NCBI GenBank assembly: GCA_977016875.1
Contig: CDRNST010000125.1
Span: forward strand, 248,001-312,000
Reading direction: 5' to 3'
Source: Pavona decussata
Lineage: Eukaryota
Length of the DNA: 64,000 bases
Shown: piece by piece, positions 48,901 through 61,040 of the stretch
Layout of the letters: each line of letters begins with the position of its first letter
How positions within the stretch are numbered: position 1 is the stretch's first letter
Program-made: the position numbers and the translations under genes
Notes under the pieces: model-generated
Seen by the model: only the letters and a program-made list of their open reading frames with translations
Databases searched by the model: none
Told to the model about the DNA's origin: nothing

Positions 48901-51900
48901 TGAACTTGACAGTCACGTTTCTGGTAGAACTTTGGTAGTCGCCATCCTGTACATAAACTACATTTGGTGGTGTATTGTCGAAAACAACACCATCTGAAAA
49001 AGCCACTGATTTTAGGCCAACTTTGTTAGTGCATCGCACGGTTGCAAAATAGCGAAACCCCAGCCGAAGATTACGTCCGATTGTAAAGGAAGTGTGATCA
49101 ACTGGCACCGTCGTAAAATTCATAACGTCTGTTTCACCAGGCTGCAGACCAAAAGCAATCTCAACGGAAGCAAGAGATGTGTCTGGATCAGTACAACGCC
49201 ACGCTGCGGACAGGGAACCTCCTAACGTGGAGCTGAGGTCTTGGTTGAGATCACTGCCATCACGAACTGGAATCACAAACACTGGAGGGGTAAAATCAAC
49301 CAGGACACCGTTAGAAGAAACCGTAACGCTAGGCATGCCAAGAACATTATAGGCAATTACAGTTGCATAATAGCGCTTCCCGCTGGTCAGTTCTGAGATC
49401 TTAAGCCTTGAACTCGCGGCGGTGTTTACGAGCCCAACGTCTGTCAATTCTTGAGCATCTTGACCACCAGGAGAAGTTCCAAATGCCAGCTGATAGGAAA
49501 CAATTTTCGTCTCTTGCTCAGTAAAGTTGACCCACGAAGCCCGAAGAACTGAACTTTCGATCTGAACGTCAAGTTTTTCGCCTGGTCTTCCGTCTGTTAC
49601 CGAGCCTGAACGCGGAGGTGTTGAATCAACCAACACGCCATTGGACTGGAAGAATGCAAAATTTCCAGCCCTATCAACCAACTTGACGCAAGCGTAATAT
49701 GTTTGACCTGAGGTCAAGTTTAACCCAGATAAGACGTGATATTCCGTATTGGATGCAACAATTTCTTCTTTTTTGACATCACAGCCGGTCGACTTTGGCT
49801 TGCTGGATAAACCAAGGTAAACAGTTTCGATTCCTGAGAAATCCCTAAATCCGTACCAATGTGCCCGATAGAGAGTAGAGTAACTTTGGTATTTAGCATC
49901 TGTCAAGCCCCATCCATCCAAAACGATTCCGTTCTTAGGAGCTTCTGAGTCAGAAAGTAAGGGTGTAGAAGATTTGATGGTAAAAAGGCCCGCTTTGTTG
50001 ATCGCCCATATTGTGATGAAATAACGTCGATTGTTTTCCAAGGGTGTTGTTTGGGATGCTGTCCAGTTAGCGCGCAACGAAGACACTGGCTGGCTTAACG
50101 AAACAATGCGAAACTTCAAGACGTCATCAGCACCGGCGTAACTCCCCACACCAATTTTGTAGGACGCAACCTTAGAAAGATCATCTTCAATTTCGAAGTA
50201 TGCTTTGAAAGTTGTAACGGGGGCGTTAACATGTTCTTGTGTCTCACCCAAATGTCCATGTTGGACATACGTTATAACAGGTGGGGTGCTGTCCACAATG
50301 AACGTATTTGACAGACCACGGCCAATAACTCCCGCTCGATCTTTTGCCTCGATAACTACTGAATAAACTCCATCTTTCAAGTCAATATTCCGACCAGTAG
50401 ATCGCACTTTCCCGGCCATCTTGTATGGTGCCATGAGATTGTCAGTCATAAGAGAGGTCACAGAAATTCCAAAGCCAGCTACGCCACTGTGAATGTCATA
50501 GAAGCTGTCGTTATTACATTGTGTGTTATTAAGTGGCCCAGAGACTCTCTTCTCATCCGCCAAACACCAATTCCACCGCGCCCACACTGACTTAGTTATC
50601 CACTGATACAACACTGGAGGGCCCGTTAATCCTGTCACAACTTTTCCAGGGTGAGGAGGTACAAAGTCCACAATAGCACCATTGCTACTTCCAAAAGTAC
50701 ACATTCCAACTCCATTACATCCCATTACAGACACAAAGTAGCGCTGACCACTGCTTAACAACAGACCTGACATTGTTGCGCTCGTTTGGGAGCCCACGCT
50801 CTTGAATCCTTGAATATCTGCCATGCCAGGTTTAGTTCCAAGAGCAACTCGGTATTCCACCAACCCGCTTTCCGCGTCAGCAAAGGCCTGCTCCCAGTGT
50901 GCGCTAAAAGTAAACCTTTCGCTAGTAAAGTTCTTGTCTTTTCCTTCTACGCCGTCCTTAATGTACTGAACAGCAACCGTCGGAGGGGTTGTGTCAATCA
51001 GGATGCCATCAGAGGTGATAGTTCTCTTCAGGTTGGCCCCATTTATCACCTTGACTGTTACGTGGTATCTAACTCTTGGTTGAATGTTTATGTCAGTAAA
51101 ACTAACGAAGACCATTCCATCCTCGCTAACGTTGTGTGTTAAAAATGACAGCATTTCAAAGGGCCTCACATCGTCACCACCAGGATACGTCCCCACACCA
51201 ACAAGCGGTACATCAATGCCACTTTCCTGGTCTGCGCATTTCCATTTGGCTTGAATATTGCTCAAGTCTCTCACAAAGTCTACATCAGTTACGTCTGTTT
51301 CATCCGTGACATCAATAACCTTTCCCTCACACGTCGGCGGTGTACTATCTGGTATAAATCCATTTGTCTCAATCAGTGTTTGAAGCCCTGCTGCGTTAGT
51401 CCCGAGAAGGACAAGCTTGTACGGAAAGCCATTCTGAAGAGAGAGACCACCCATAAGGGGTGTCTGCTGGCTGAGGGGTATTCTGACAAACGGTGTGACA
51501 TCTTCGCCGGTGGCATCTTTCACAATCTTCCACTCATAATTCACAATTGGGCTCTCAGGATCACTAAAGCGAGAGAACTTTCCACGGACACGCCTTACCG
51601 ATGGAAGATAATCTACATCCCATTCTCCAGCACCGTCTTGAAAATGCCCGGGAAGAGGTGGTGTTGTGTCAATCAAGACACCATCGCTACACATTACCGC
51701 TTTAAATCCCAATGAGTCCATCGCATACAGTCGAGTGAAGTACTTGTGGCCATGTTTTAAATCAAGGCCAGAGGTCTGGATAGAAAACGAATCCCCAAGA
51801 GGTGTCATTGGGACAACGTCTGCTTCCCTTTCATCAAGGGTACATTTGGAAGTCGAGGATACACCCCATTTTACGGCCACAATGTCCTGTGGATCGCTTC

Positions 51901-54900
51901 TGAAGTCAAAATTCATTCCTAGAGAGTATGTATCCCATTGGTAATCAACATCTTTTGTTTCGGTTACACCATCGTAGACATAGCGAATCTGCGGCCCTTT
52001 ACGCCTGGCAACAAACTTAGGACAGTTCACCATAGGACTGTCCATTCCGCCGTCATTTGTAGCTAGTACGCTGACGTACACATCTCTATTATGCATGATT
52101 GGAAGTTCGTTGACTACAAGACTTAAAGATGGTCCAACCCAGGTAGAAAAATCATCACCAGAGCCCTGAATAGATCCGATTCTGACATGATAGCTGTTGA
52201 TTTTGGTATCTTCGTGAAACCCATGCCATTGGATAAAATACTTCGTGTCAGCAGCTTGTCGTGCTGTGCATGATCCGGCAGTTGGAGGCGTTCTGTCAAC
52301 ATTCTGTTGACAGGTAGTAAACAGTGTCCTATCGATCGTTTTGGCGGACCACCACCACTCTGCAAGCGTCTTTTTTGAACACCACCTGATCCTTATACTG
52401 CAACCAAACAGCTTGCACTTGATTCGAATGCATAGACGGAATCGATACCATAACCAAACTCGAATACGAAGTGGTGTCATTCGAACCTTAAGCTCGATAC
52501 AAGCTTTCAGTGGCCACTTGTTTATCTTGATTCGTAGCTCTGGTACAAAGTAAGTCTCCAGAAGTCTTGCTTCGATGGTTATCCCAGCTTCAACGATAAA
52601 AATTGAGAGCGAGGCACCAGCATAGACAGAGACCCACGCCCCTGGAATGAGACCCAGTCTAAAAGTCTTGTCTCGCATACACACCTGCCCTTGATAATCC
52701 ACACTGTAGTAACCACCAGCCCCTGCAAAGAGCCTCACTGGTATACCAAACACTATTATAACTTGCGAGTACTCAGGAAAGAATCTCTGATACCCCCTTC
52801 TTACATTCCCTCGGAACAAAGTCATGCAAGATCCTGGGTCTGAGACTTCTCTTCGCATCCGGTTTTTTCTATGCTCTTTTTCAAGTTGATCGGAGTACAC
52901 GTCGGATTCTAAGAGCAGTTGATAGGTACTTCGCTTGCGAGTAGACCCACAAAGCATATCGCCAAATGGAAACAACCTTCGTGGTCGCAAAACATAATCA
53001 TTCATCACTGAGAAAAACAAGCAGTTTTCTTCGATTCCAAAAGTCGTATTCAGAATTGGTAATCTCATATAAAAGTATCTGTCTTCGAAATCACCACCCA
53101 TCAGCTCTATATTTTCCTTCTCCGCGTACGTTCCACTCGAGAAAGCAACTGCTATCACCTCACTGTCCACACTGGTGACCGATTCTAAGCCAGACGGAGT
53201 TCGGACTACTCTTTCTAAAGTGTTTTCTCCCGTTTGATCACCAATCAAGGCATGAAACTCAAGTTTGCATTGAAAACCAGCAATCATTGCGCACTTTGAA
53301 ATGCAGGCAAACTCGCCACCAAACTGCCTCACAATAGTCATGCCTTGGGCATTCATTCCAATGTGGATGACTCTGTCAGGCGCTAACCCAGAAGATGCAA
53401 GATCTCCATTGACAGACACCTTATAACCATATGCCTTGCCACCTTTCCCGTCTGTTACCCACAGAACATTGGTTAGCTCATCATATGAAACGGACGTTGC
53501 AGTGCCTTCAACAGAAGCGGTCTTTGAGATCCCCACCCAAGATGGTGTGGCTACTGAGAAAGTGCCAGTTACTCCAGATTTTCTAACTGAGTGAATTTTG
53601 TTCGATTCACTGTCACTAATCCAAATAAAATCACGAGCCACAGCAACACCTCCTATTTTCACTGAAAATGGACTTCCTTGACTTCCAAGTTGAATGATCT
53701 TCCTAACACCATTCGCAAAGTTAGTAACCACTAGTAGCGATGCTTTACCTTTGTTGCTTGAAACACCATGCATGCCAAGAATCACTTCGCCAGAAGAAAG
53801 CTTTGAGATTCCTTCTACCTTGTAATCATCAAAAAGACCCGGTATCAGCCAGCGCCCGCTCTTTTTCATGGAAGAGAGATCATCCAGATGTGGGAACTTC
53901 CACGTGAAAATGGTCTTCCGATAAAGTGACGATGATCGCCTAATAGATCTTAGACAAACGTCTTCAGAGCAGTAAGGTATTTCCTGCCACGGCTTGTAAT
54001 CCCTCAAGTCGAGACCTCGCTGACGCAGCTGAAGCTTGTTTAGAAAGTCAGTGACTTTGTCCAAAAACCCGTTAACTTTGTTAACGGCTTCTGTGAACTT
54101 AGAAACATACTTGTCCAGATATGGCTTCACCACGTCACTGAGCTCTCCAGTCTCCGAAAGGAGGTCGACAATCGGGTTGGAAAATGATTTAGTCACGTCT
54201 GTTAACTTGTCAGCATATTGCGAAGCACTCTGTGTAATGGTGTCCAAAGCCTGTAGGACGTGGTTGATGTTTTTTGTCTTCTGCCATAAATCATAAGATA
54301 ATTTGAGTTTGGAACGCACGTCTTCAAGAGCTTGAACATGTTCTAGGACGGCATCATCGTAAACATTTCGCATTGCTTTAAACGTATTTTCAAGCAAACC
54401 TTCCAATTTTTCTTTGACTTCTTTCGCCTTTTGTATGTAATCAACAATTCTCTCGATGCGCTCTTTCACATCCCTTATCGACCTTTTTTGAACTCCACCT
54501 CCTGAACTTTGTGCATTCCCATCCGGTGCCCGGCCAGTGATCTTTTGGAATACCGCCTTCACTCTTTGAACATCGTCTTTGAGGGAAAAATTTCGAACTT
54601 GTTCAATAAGTAGCTTGACAATGTCAACAACGGCTGTGATATTGTCTACCCCTTGCTCACATGTCTGAAGCATGTCTGAATAACCACTCGCTTCCTCGAA
54701 CGTATCCTTGAGGACATCAGCTTTTTCTTTGATGGTTTTTCCTTGATCGATAAACGCTTTAGAAATGCACGTTCCGCCCTTGATGCATTTCTGTATCTTG
54801 AAGTTCTTCCAAGTATCCGGTACCATGTCATAAAGGACTTTGACCTCCTTCTTGAAGTCCTTGTACTGATTAACGACATATTTTCCAACCAATAGTGCTT

Positions 54901-57900
54901 TGCGGACGCATGGAGTTGTGCTTTCAAGGAATATTTCCTTGATTTGCTGACAATCGGGTAACTTTCCAGCCGTCTCGAGTATAGGCGAAAAATTGTTTGT
55001 GAAAGGCTTTAGCTCTCTTAAAACTGTCATCACCTCACGCACCATCGATTTGATATCTCGCAATTCTGCCTGTATCTCGATGATAGGATCTTTAATTCTT
55101 CTAAACTTCGAGACCGCTTTCCCAATAAATTTATCTGCTTCTTTGTTGAAAAAGTTGTTGACTTCTTCCACAACGTTGTAGCCTCCAAATTTGTGGAGTG
55201 TTTCAGATGCAATCGTTTTAAACTCGTTACAGACATCTCGTACGCGTTGATCAAAGTCAATCCCGAACTGCTTTCTTAAATCCAGCTTCTGAATTTCACT
55301 TCTGTAATTTCCAGCTCTGTTCGAAAAATTGATGACATCATCTGCTGCTTTCCTTGCTTTGTTCGCGTAAACAGGAAGATTTTGTAGATGCTTCAGGACA
55401 TCATTGATGCGAGTTGCTATATCTCGAACAGTTTTGAGAAATCCTTTTTTAGTGTTTAGAATTGATAGAAAATCGGATATGATTTGGGCGACGCGAGATA
55501 TCTTGCCAACTCGAGCCGCTAGATTTTCCTCGTACCATGTTTCGACTTTCGTGACAGCAGACTGCAATTCCGCTCCGACTGTTTTAATCCTCGATGCCAC
55601 AGGCCCAATAAAAGACGCCAGTTCGACGAGAGCTTCACGAGCTTTCTCTTGAACGTTGTCGATAACATCCGCAGAAAAATCCGCGGCTTTGTTACAAACT
55701 CCATCTACCTTCGACGCGGTTCCGTTAGCAAAGTCCACGATGTCGTCTGCCAGATCCTGGATATGTTTCAGTTTACCAGTAAGTTCTTGTAGAGCGTCAG
55801 ATGCGAACCCTTTTGTTGCCGCTGAAAAGTTGCGTTCAACTTCGTCTATTAAATTGTCTACAAGAATTGTGAAGTTAAGTAGTTCCGTGAGTGCATTTTG
55901 CGCTGTATTCTCGACCACTTGAAGAACCTGGATCCATTCCTTCTCAACGTTTTCTCCAAACTCTTTAAATTCCTGAGAGGAGTTCAAAGCCAGTTTATAT
56001 ACGCCGCAAATCCGCTCTACGTTCTGCCGAGCAAACTGCTCCACTGCGGGTCCAAGTTCTTGAAAGAAATCTGTAATATCACTGATGGCTGTCACGTTTA
56101 CAAATTGAGAGTCAAGGAAATTAATAAGATTCCCTAAGAATTCTTGGAGGATTTCAGCCGGATTTGTAGAATTTGTGTTGTGACTGCTGCCCAAGAGTCC
56201 CTTGAACAAGTCCCTCAGGTCCAAGCTGTTACCAGGCAGTATTTCTTGGAAGAACTTTTCGAGGTCAAAATTCGGGAGTCTAAATTGCTTGAGAAAGTCG
56301 CCTACCTTTCTAAAAATGGAGAGGAAGTGCTGGAAGTTGGGAGATTTTAGATCCAAATTAAACTTCAAGCTGATTCTCCAGTTGAAACGAAGACCGAAGT
56401 TAAAGCCACTTCCTTGAAAAGGTGGAAAACGCGAGTTCATGTCTGGTAGCTGCAATCTGGGAAGTCGGATTCCTTCCAGAAAATCCAGCAGCGAAGACAT
56501 GTCCAAGAAACGGTTTGCAAACCGCAGAAGTTTCAAGGTGACTAGTTGAAAAGATTCCAGTGAAAACGAGAAGTGGATTGTGAACTTGAACGGAAGCTGC
56601 AAACGAAATCCACCAGGCATGGTAGCACCTAACGAGTTGAAGTAATCTTTGATCTTGTCGAGGTGGAGATCTGTGGACACAGAACGAAGAATTTCCAGAA
56701 GGTTCTTGATGTTGAAGTTTCCAGGAAGATCGTGGGGTAAGAACTTGGTTATGCTGGCAACAACATTGAGTATTTTGTCCAGGGCTCCAATCACTTTTTT
56801 AAAGATATCATCCACAACGGTCAGCCTTCCAAGAGTCTGCTGGATTTTCTTGATCCTGTCAATGAGCCATTTCCAATTCTTCACTCGGTTCAGCACATCT
56901 TTGGCAAACTTGATAACCTTGCCAATTAGGTTGATCGGCCGAAGAGGCTGGACAAGGTTCTGGACAAACTCAACAAGTTTGTTGACAAAGTCTACAAATT
57001 TGTCAATGTATAACGGTAGGTAGCCAGCTAGCTTGTTCTTAAATCTGTTAATTTGTTCGGCAATTACGCTTGTGATACTATCGAACTGTTTCAGCAAATC
57101 ATCTCCGGCGTCTGCAATAGCGTGAATGAGATCTTTGGGAAAGTCATTCTTAAAACTAGCCGACGCTTTAAAAGCCGCTTTACCTCTAACGACATCAAAA
57201 TTAAACTTGAGAATGTGAGCTCGAACGTGAGCATAGTTGTCTAGATTCACCTGAAACTTCCCACCAAAGATGCCAATTCTTAGCTTGACTTGGTTCACGT
57301 ACTGTATCACTGATTCTGCACCGACCCATTTACCACCGTACGTTTTTACCCAACGCTTGGAAGGACCAAGAGCAAACTCTCTTGGACGAAGGAACGGAAA
57401 TAGCGCACGCTTGCGACGATGAATTACGCTACGTTTCTTTCGAAGATAAACTGCTTTGGGGTGGTCACCATGGTTTTCTAGAAACTCGTTTATTGATGAA
57501 TCCAAAGTCTCGCTTTCTGGAGCGTCCCATAACGCATGCTCCAGACCTTTGACCACCGAATTACTTAGATGCTGGTGACGCTCTACGAAGATGTTAACGA
57601 CTGCAGCTTTTACATCACTTTGTTCATCCGCGTAAAGAGCGCGCATCAGGTATTGGTTGGTTTGCTCTGGGGGAAGCTTGCGCATGGCTGAAATCACCGC
57701 TGATCGGATACCAGAATTATCGTGATCAATGTGTTCCACGATAACTGGAAGTCCGGAATGGTGCCCAAGATTTCCGAACGCCCAGATGTGGTCCCGTAAC
57801 TGCATCTCGTGATCTTCGCTATCAGGATGGTAAAGAGTTGACTTGTTTCTGTATCTGCTGTGAACCATCTCCGCAACAGTGTCACAAAGCGTTTCATTAT

Positions 57901-60900
57901 AACCAGCTTTCTTCGCTCTTTCGGCAAGACCAGCTAAGACCAGCATAGCAGTAGCTGTCACTTCATCGCCTTTTTCCTCTTTCGTCATCAGCTCTGCAAG
58001 GGCATCAAAAAGCTCTGAGTGAAGTGGTCCTTCCGGTAGGTAGAAAATACCAACCAACAAATCTTCATATTCTTCCTTGCTTAGGGGTCTTGGGTACTCT
58101 CCCTTCACGGCTCCCGCTAAGGCTTTCTGAGCTTCGTACTTGCCGTGTCCGGCAAGGACAGCGACATACACTGCCCACGACGTCAAGTTTTGGTGACTGC
58201 GGTCCTGAACCAGTCTTGCGATTGTACGAAAGATTCCTTGATCATCTCGAACCATGCGGTGCAACTCATTGGAACAATCACCAATGTCGCGTTCCTTCAT
58301 ACTCTTGTCAGTAAAACAACGTAGTACCTCATAAAGAGGCCTCGTCGTCTCCTTCTTCTCTCCACCCAACTTCGACCACTGTATCTTCTCGGTGTCTGTG
58401 AATGGGAGACTGTCACTTATGAGTGATTGCTCTGTTTTTAGATGTTCTTCTTCCACAGTGGAGCGCTTGGAACGTCTTTGCCCACGGTCTGAACAGGATC
58501 GTAACGTTAATCTACTGTAGCCACTGGTGGACATCTCGATATCTTGCTCTTCATTTTGAAAGCCTTTAAAATTGTCCGCTCTCGGATGACCATTGGCAGG
58601 CCTAAAGAATGCTTTTGTTGAGCGCTGAACTTGTTCGACTTTTCCATCTTTTAAATAAACGTTAGCGCTGTGCTCAGACTGTACCTTGTGTCTAGCTTTC
58701 GCAGGCGTTCCATCTGCAAATTGTTGGTAGTCATGGTTTGTCCACGTCCGATGGAGATGAGCGTGTGTATCGTTAGCGGAGAGGACATTGTATTTTGTTC
58801 GAAAGACGCCAGAGTCATCGTGTTCTTCGACTTCATAGGTGTTGGATCTATGGATGTCCTTCAAGTTAAGCTGAAATGACCCCGCGATGCCTGCCACCAG
58901 ATAACAAACAAAATGAATTGGCTATTATGATGCTTTGCTCAAACCAGCACACGCTTTCCTCGTAAATCGTCAATTGACAAAATTTCCCTGGTACGTTTTC
59001 GCGGGCTTAGTTGATTTGGTGTTAAAAAAGGAAAAGAAAATCCAAAGGAAGTTTTCCAAAGTGCTCCCGTGAAGGAAGTTTTAGCTTTGGCTTCAATTTT
59101 ATGCACGCAAAACTGGAAATTTACAAGCTAAGTTGTTTTCGTTCTTCATTGCTCTCACTGCTAGATAACTTTTAACGGAAGCCATGGTCAACCTTAGCTA
59201 TTAGTCGTTGGTTGTCTAATGAAGGAAACTGGTATACCTACATAAAATACATCATAGTTCAGAATTTATCGTGACGTTATGCGCTGGTCCATTCAAAACT
59301 TCGGCATACCCCCTCCCCCTCCTGAGCATTTAAAGTTTTTAAAATTGGCTTGTTCAAACTCCTTGCCAGTGAAAAGGCTCCCAAGTGACGCATAGGGCGA
59401 AGACAAAAATTGGCACGATTAACGAGCCGAGCTCGGTGTGGGGTGAAAAAGAAAGGGAGGGAGCCTGTGGACATTCCTTTGATGCCCCTGTTCCGTCTCC
59501 TGGTAATCAACCTGTGAGTAATAAGTCAACAAGGTACTTATATGCCAATCATTCCGCTCGATTGAGTCGTAATGTCAGTAATTTTTGTCGATAATATCAT
59601 TCATTGGCGAAATACAGCGAGGACGAATCATTTTGATCATGACGATGATGATGCTGATAATCATAATCATTATCATCATTATCATCGTCATCATCATCAT
59701 CATGATCATCATCATCATTGTTATGTTATTCGGAACTGTCTCAAACTCGTCAAGCTTGGCGCTTGGGACACTCGTATTCAGCACTTTATATTAGCCGTTG
59801 GAACCGTAAATTTCTTTTAGTATCCGAGGAAGCAACCTGAAGATAAAACTCTCGCTGAAACCAGTCAGTAAAAATTCTAAAAACAGCTTGCTTTTTAGCT
59901 ACAGACTGTAGGCATACCTTCCGCTCATTTTGTAAGCCTAGGGATAAGAGGAAAAAAGGATTCGCTCGAATTTCGCCCCTCCAAACCGACTGCAAGCAAG
60001 AAGCTCCAGCTTCATCGAAAAACTATGCAAATGTACACTGTGACACTCAAATAATTCAATGTGCTCTTTGCAAAGCTATCAACAATCACGTATCTAAGCA
60101 ATTACATCATGATACCAGAACCTGGTATCGTTGAATGGCGGCATCAAAAGAAGGTTGAAAGCCTCCCTCACTTTCTTGCTCTTCGTGCCGGTTTCTGATA
60201 CTCTCTCCGCCTTATACCCCACTAGGGAGTCTGTTCATAGGCTATAAAACTCCCAGTCCTCTGGACCAAGAACCTCTTCAAATACCCTACCTTCCAGTGC
60301 CCAAATTTCAGAACCCCCCCCCCCCCCCAAAAAAAAAAAATACTTTCGGCTTCACTCAATAGCTTTCCATGCTTGTAGGCAGAGATATATTAAACAAACA
60401 TTCAACAATCCTTTGAAGAGCCTTTTGCGTGAGTAATTCACTCACGAAGGCAAAATTATGTCATTTAAAACTCCTAAATAGCCATAAACTAGGAAACAAA
60501 AACGCGAGAAGTCCCCCTAGACTATAAATCTGATTCAAATGTCCACCCTTCCCCTGAAGAAAATATCAAACTCCCCCCCTCGGGGGAAGGGGGGGGGGCA
60601 TGCACCTAGTCCAATGCCCGGGGTAAGACCGATGAATGTTCGGGGTTTCACTTGATCGGCGCATTGAATAAACCGAAGTGGTCAATAACACTCTATCTCG
60701 AGACTTTGCCTAATAAGACTTCCATCGGAAAAATCGAAGCTGAGCTGAAAAGACAGTTTGAAATTTCTACAATAACAATGTTGCTTTTACCCTTTTTGAA
60801 AGCAGCGATTTCCGGTGATTCCGAAGTCTTTGGAAATAGCACGTCTGTTACGGCACCATGCTCTTCCTGCCGGAAGTAAAAAGGCTTCGACAGCTTCTCT

Positions 60901-61040
60901 TCAAACTCTTCATTGACAGGATGATTAGAAAGAACGCGCCCATAATGCACACGTCTTAAGCGGGGTTCTCTGACGTCAAGCTTGATAAGACGCACAGGCT
61001 CCAAACCACCGTAGTCACGTGACGTGGGAGTGATGTCAAC
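27720..61040 (-). CDS. Giant predicted type-I membrane protein (>6,895 aa): lipid-transfer (vitellogenin-N-like) module, helical region, FN3-like repeats, propellers, Calx-beta-like domain, TM; 5' end not identified
   Basis: 15 exons with GT-AG ends and consistent phases: 60791-61040, 46822-58890, 44375-46017, 43001-43643, 41910-42449, 40828-41017, 36809-40148, 36048-36551, 34946-35163, 33724-33878, 32154-32607, 31189-31329, 30584-30711, 29157-29424, 27720-27864. Total 20,688 nt ending in TAA. Domain names come from motif recognition by eye. Confidence 0.85.
29157..29424 (-). CDS. Giant protein cytoplasmic-tail exon
   Basis: Frame of ORF 29153..29515; phase 1/2. Confidence 0.72.
29526..29674. 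mobile_element. MITE
   Basis: GTTGTTCAAAGAG..GGATA / TATCC..CTCTTTGAACAAC inverted ends. Confidence 0.6.
30584..30711 (-). CDS. Giant protein cytoplasmic-tail exon
   Basis: Open in phase 2/1 with CAG acceptor and GTAAC donor. Confidence 0.7.
30901..30962. repeat. (ATTT)n microsatellite
   Basis: Direct reading. Confidence 0.85.
31189..31329 (-). CDS. Giant protein cytoplasmic-tail exon
   Basis: Open in phase 2/2 with TAG acceptor and GTGAG donor. Confidence 0.72.
31869..32099 (-). mobile_element. tRNA-derived SINE
   Basis: A-box-like GGCGCAGTGG and degenerate B-box GATTTGATTCC, followed by GGTTTTTCTCCGGGTTCTCCGGTTTTCC core. Confidence 0.7.
32154..32607 (-). CDS. Giant protein exon: Calx-beta-like domain and transmembrane helix
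   Basis: IPVRRAKGSQGDITVQW...SGKISLADG...IWIQL; TM WIVIGACSALLMILAIVVLLWWV followed by RRKK. Confidence 0.88.
33724..33878 (-). CDS. Giant protein exon with CHLTQFA motif
   Basis: FDASLTCAEPWS...KVCHLTQFAF; phases 2/1 fit both neighbours. Confidence 0.85.
34601..34821. mobile_element. MITE
   Basis: TTCGATTGACCTTATTCCGGAATA...TATTCCGGAATAAGGCCAATCGAA. Confidence 0.55.
34946..35163 (-). CDS. Giant protein exon
   Basis: QFMLGNYSF...PVLYLWDPENETW; AG/GT ends. Confidence 0.85.
35293..35465. repeat. Long hairpin (about 80-bp arms) repeat element
   Basis: AACAAATCGAATGTGGTTT...AAACCACATTCGATTTGTT. Confidence 0.75.
36048..36551 (-). CDS. Giant protein exon (last FN3-like repeat, start of ZU5-like region)
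   Basis: SYEVAWGTAPG...GTLTVPEGAV. Confidence 0.88.
36809..40148 (-). CDS. Giant protein exon (FN3-like repeats, FG-GAP-like propeller, Cys-rich segment)
   Basis: 1083-aa ORF extended to the acceptor at 40149; FGASVA, FGHSVSL, ILIGTPG, CIPCEEGRKS. Confidence 0.9.
40828..41017 (-). CDS. Giant protein exon
   Basis: LDLESGVQYFFIVRAVNFAGL...DFTPP. Confidence 0.88.
41222..41285 (-). ncRNA. Minimal type I hammerhead ribozyme motif (Penelope-associated type)
   Basis: Minus strand GCGGUUUU-CUC-CACA CUGAAGA AGGGU-UAUAU-ACCC GAAAC GUC UGUG-UUUUUUUC-AAAACCGU. Confidence 0.7.
41494..41671. mobile_element. Foldback MITE
   Basis: Near-palindrome around GAAAGCGAGGCTAAGTGCAAA / TTTGCACTTAGCCTCGCTTTC. Confidence 0.75.
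41910..42449 (-). CDS. Giant protein exon (FN3-like repeats)
   Basis: Frame of ORF 41905..42327 extended to the AG at 42450. Confidence 0.88.
43001..43643 (-). CDS. Giant protein exon (FN3-like repeats)
   Basis: 225-aa ORF; AG/GT ends. Confidence 0.9.
44375..46017 (-). CDS. Giant protein exon (FN3-like repeats)
   Basis: 566-aa ORF with DxTPP/ESG/WCxGT repeats; AG/GT ends. Confidence 0.9.
46822..58890 (-). CDS. Giant protein 12,069-nt exon
   Basis: 4027-aa ORF; acceptor GGCAG|GCATC, donor CAGG|GTAAGT. Confidence 0.93.
59636..59718. repeat. (ATC/GAT)n low-complexity microsatellite
   Basis: Direct reading. Confidence 0.85.
60791..61040 (-). CDS. Giant protein exon (N-terminal beta region, vitellogenin-N-like)
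   Basis: VDITP...LSKPFYFRQEEHGAVTDVLFP...EIAAFKKG, continuing in phase into IAGSFQLN of the next exon. Confidence 0.82.

Noticed and set aside
36058-58879. Many plus-strand ORFs of 60-170 aa
   Set aside because: Antisense shadows of the large minus-strand exons.
59572-59820. Poly-His / poly-Ile / poly-Met ORFs
   Set aside because: Translations of an intronic (ATC)n microsatellite.
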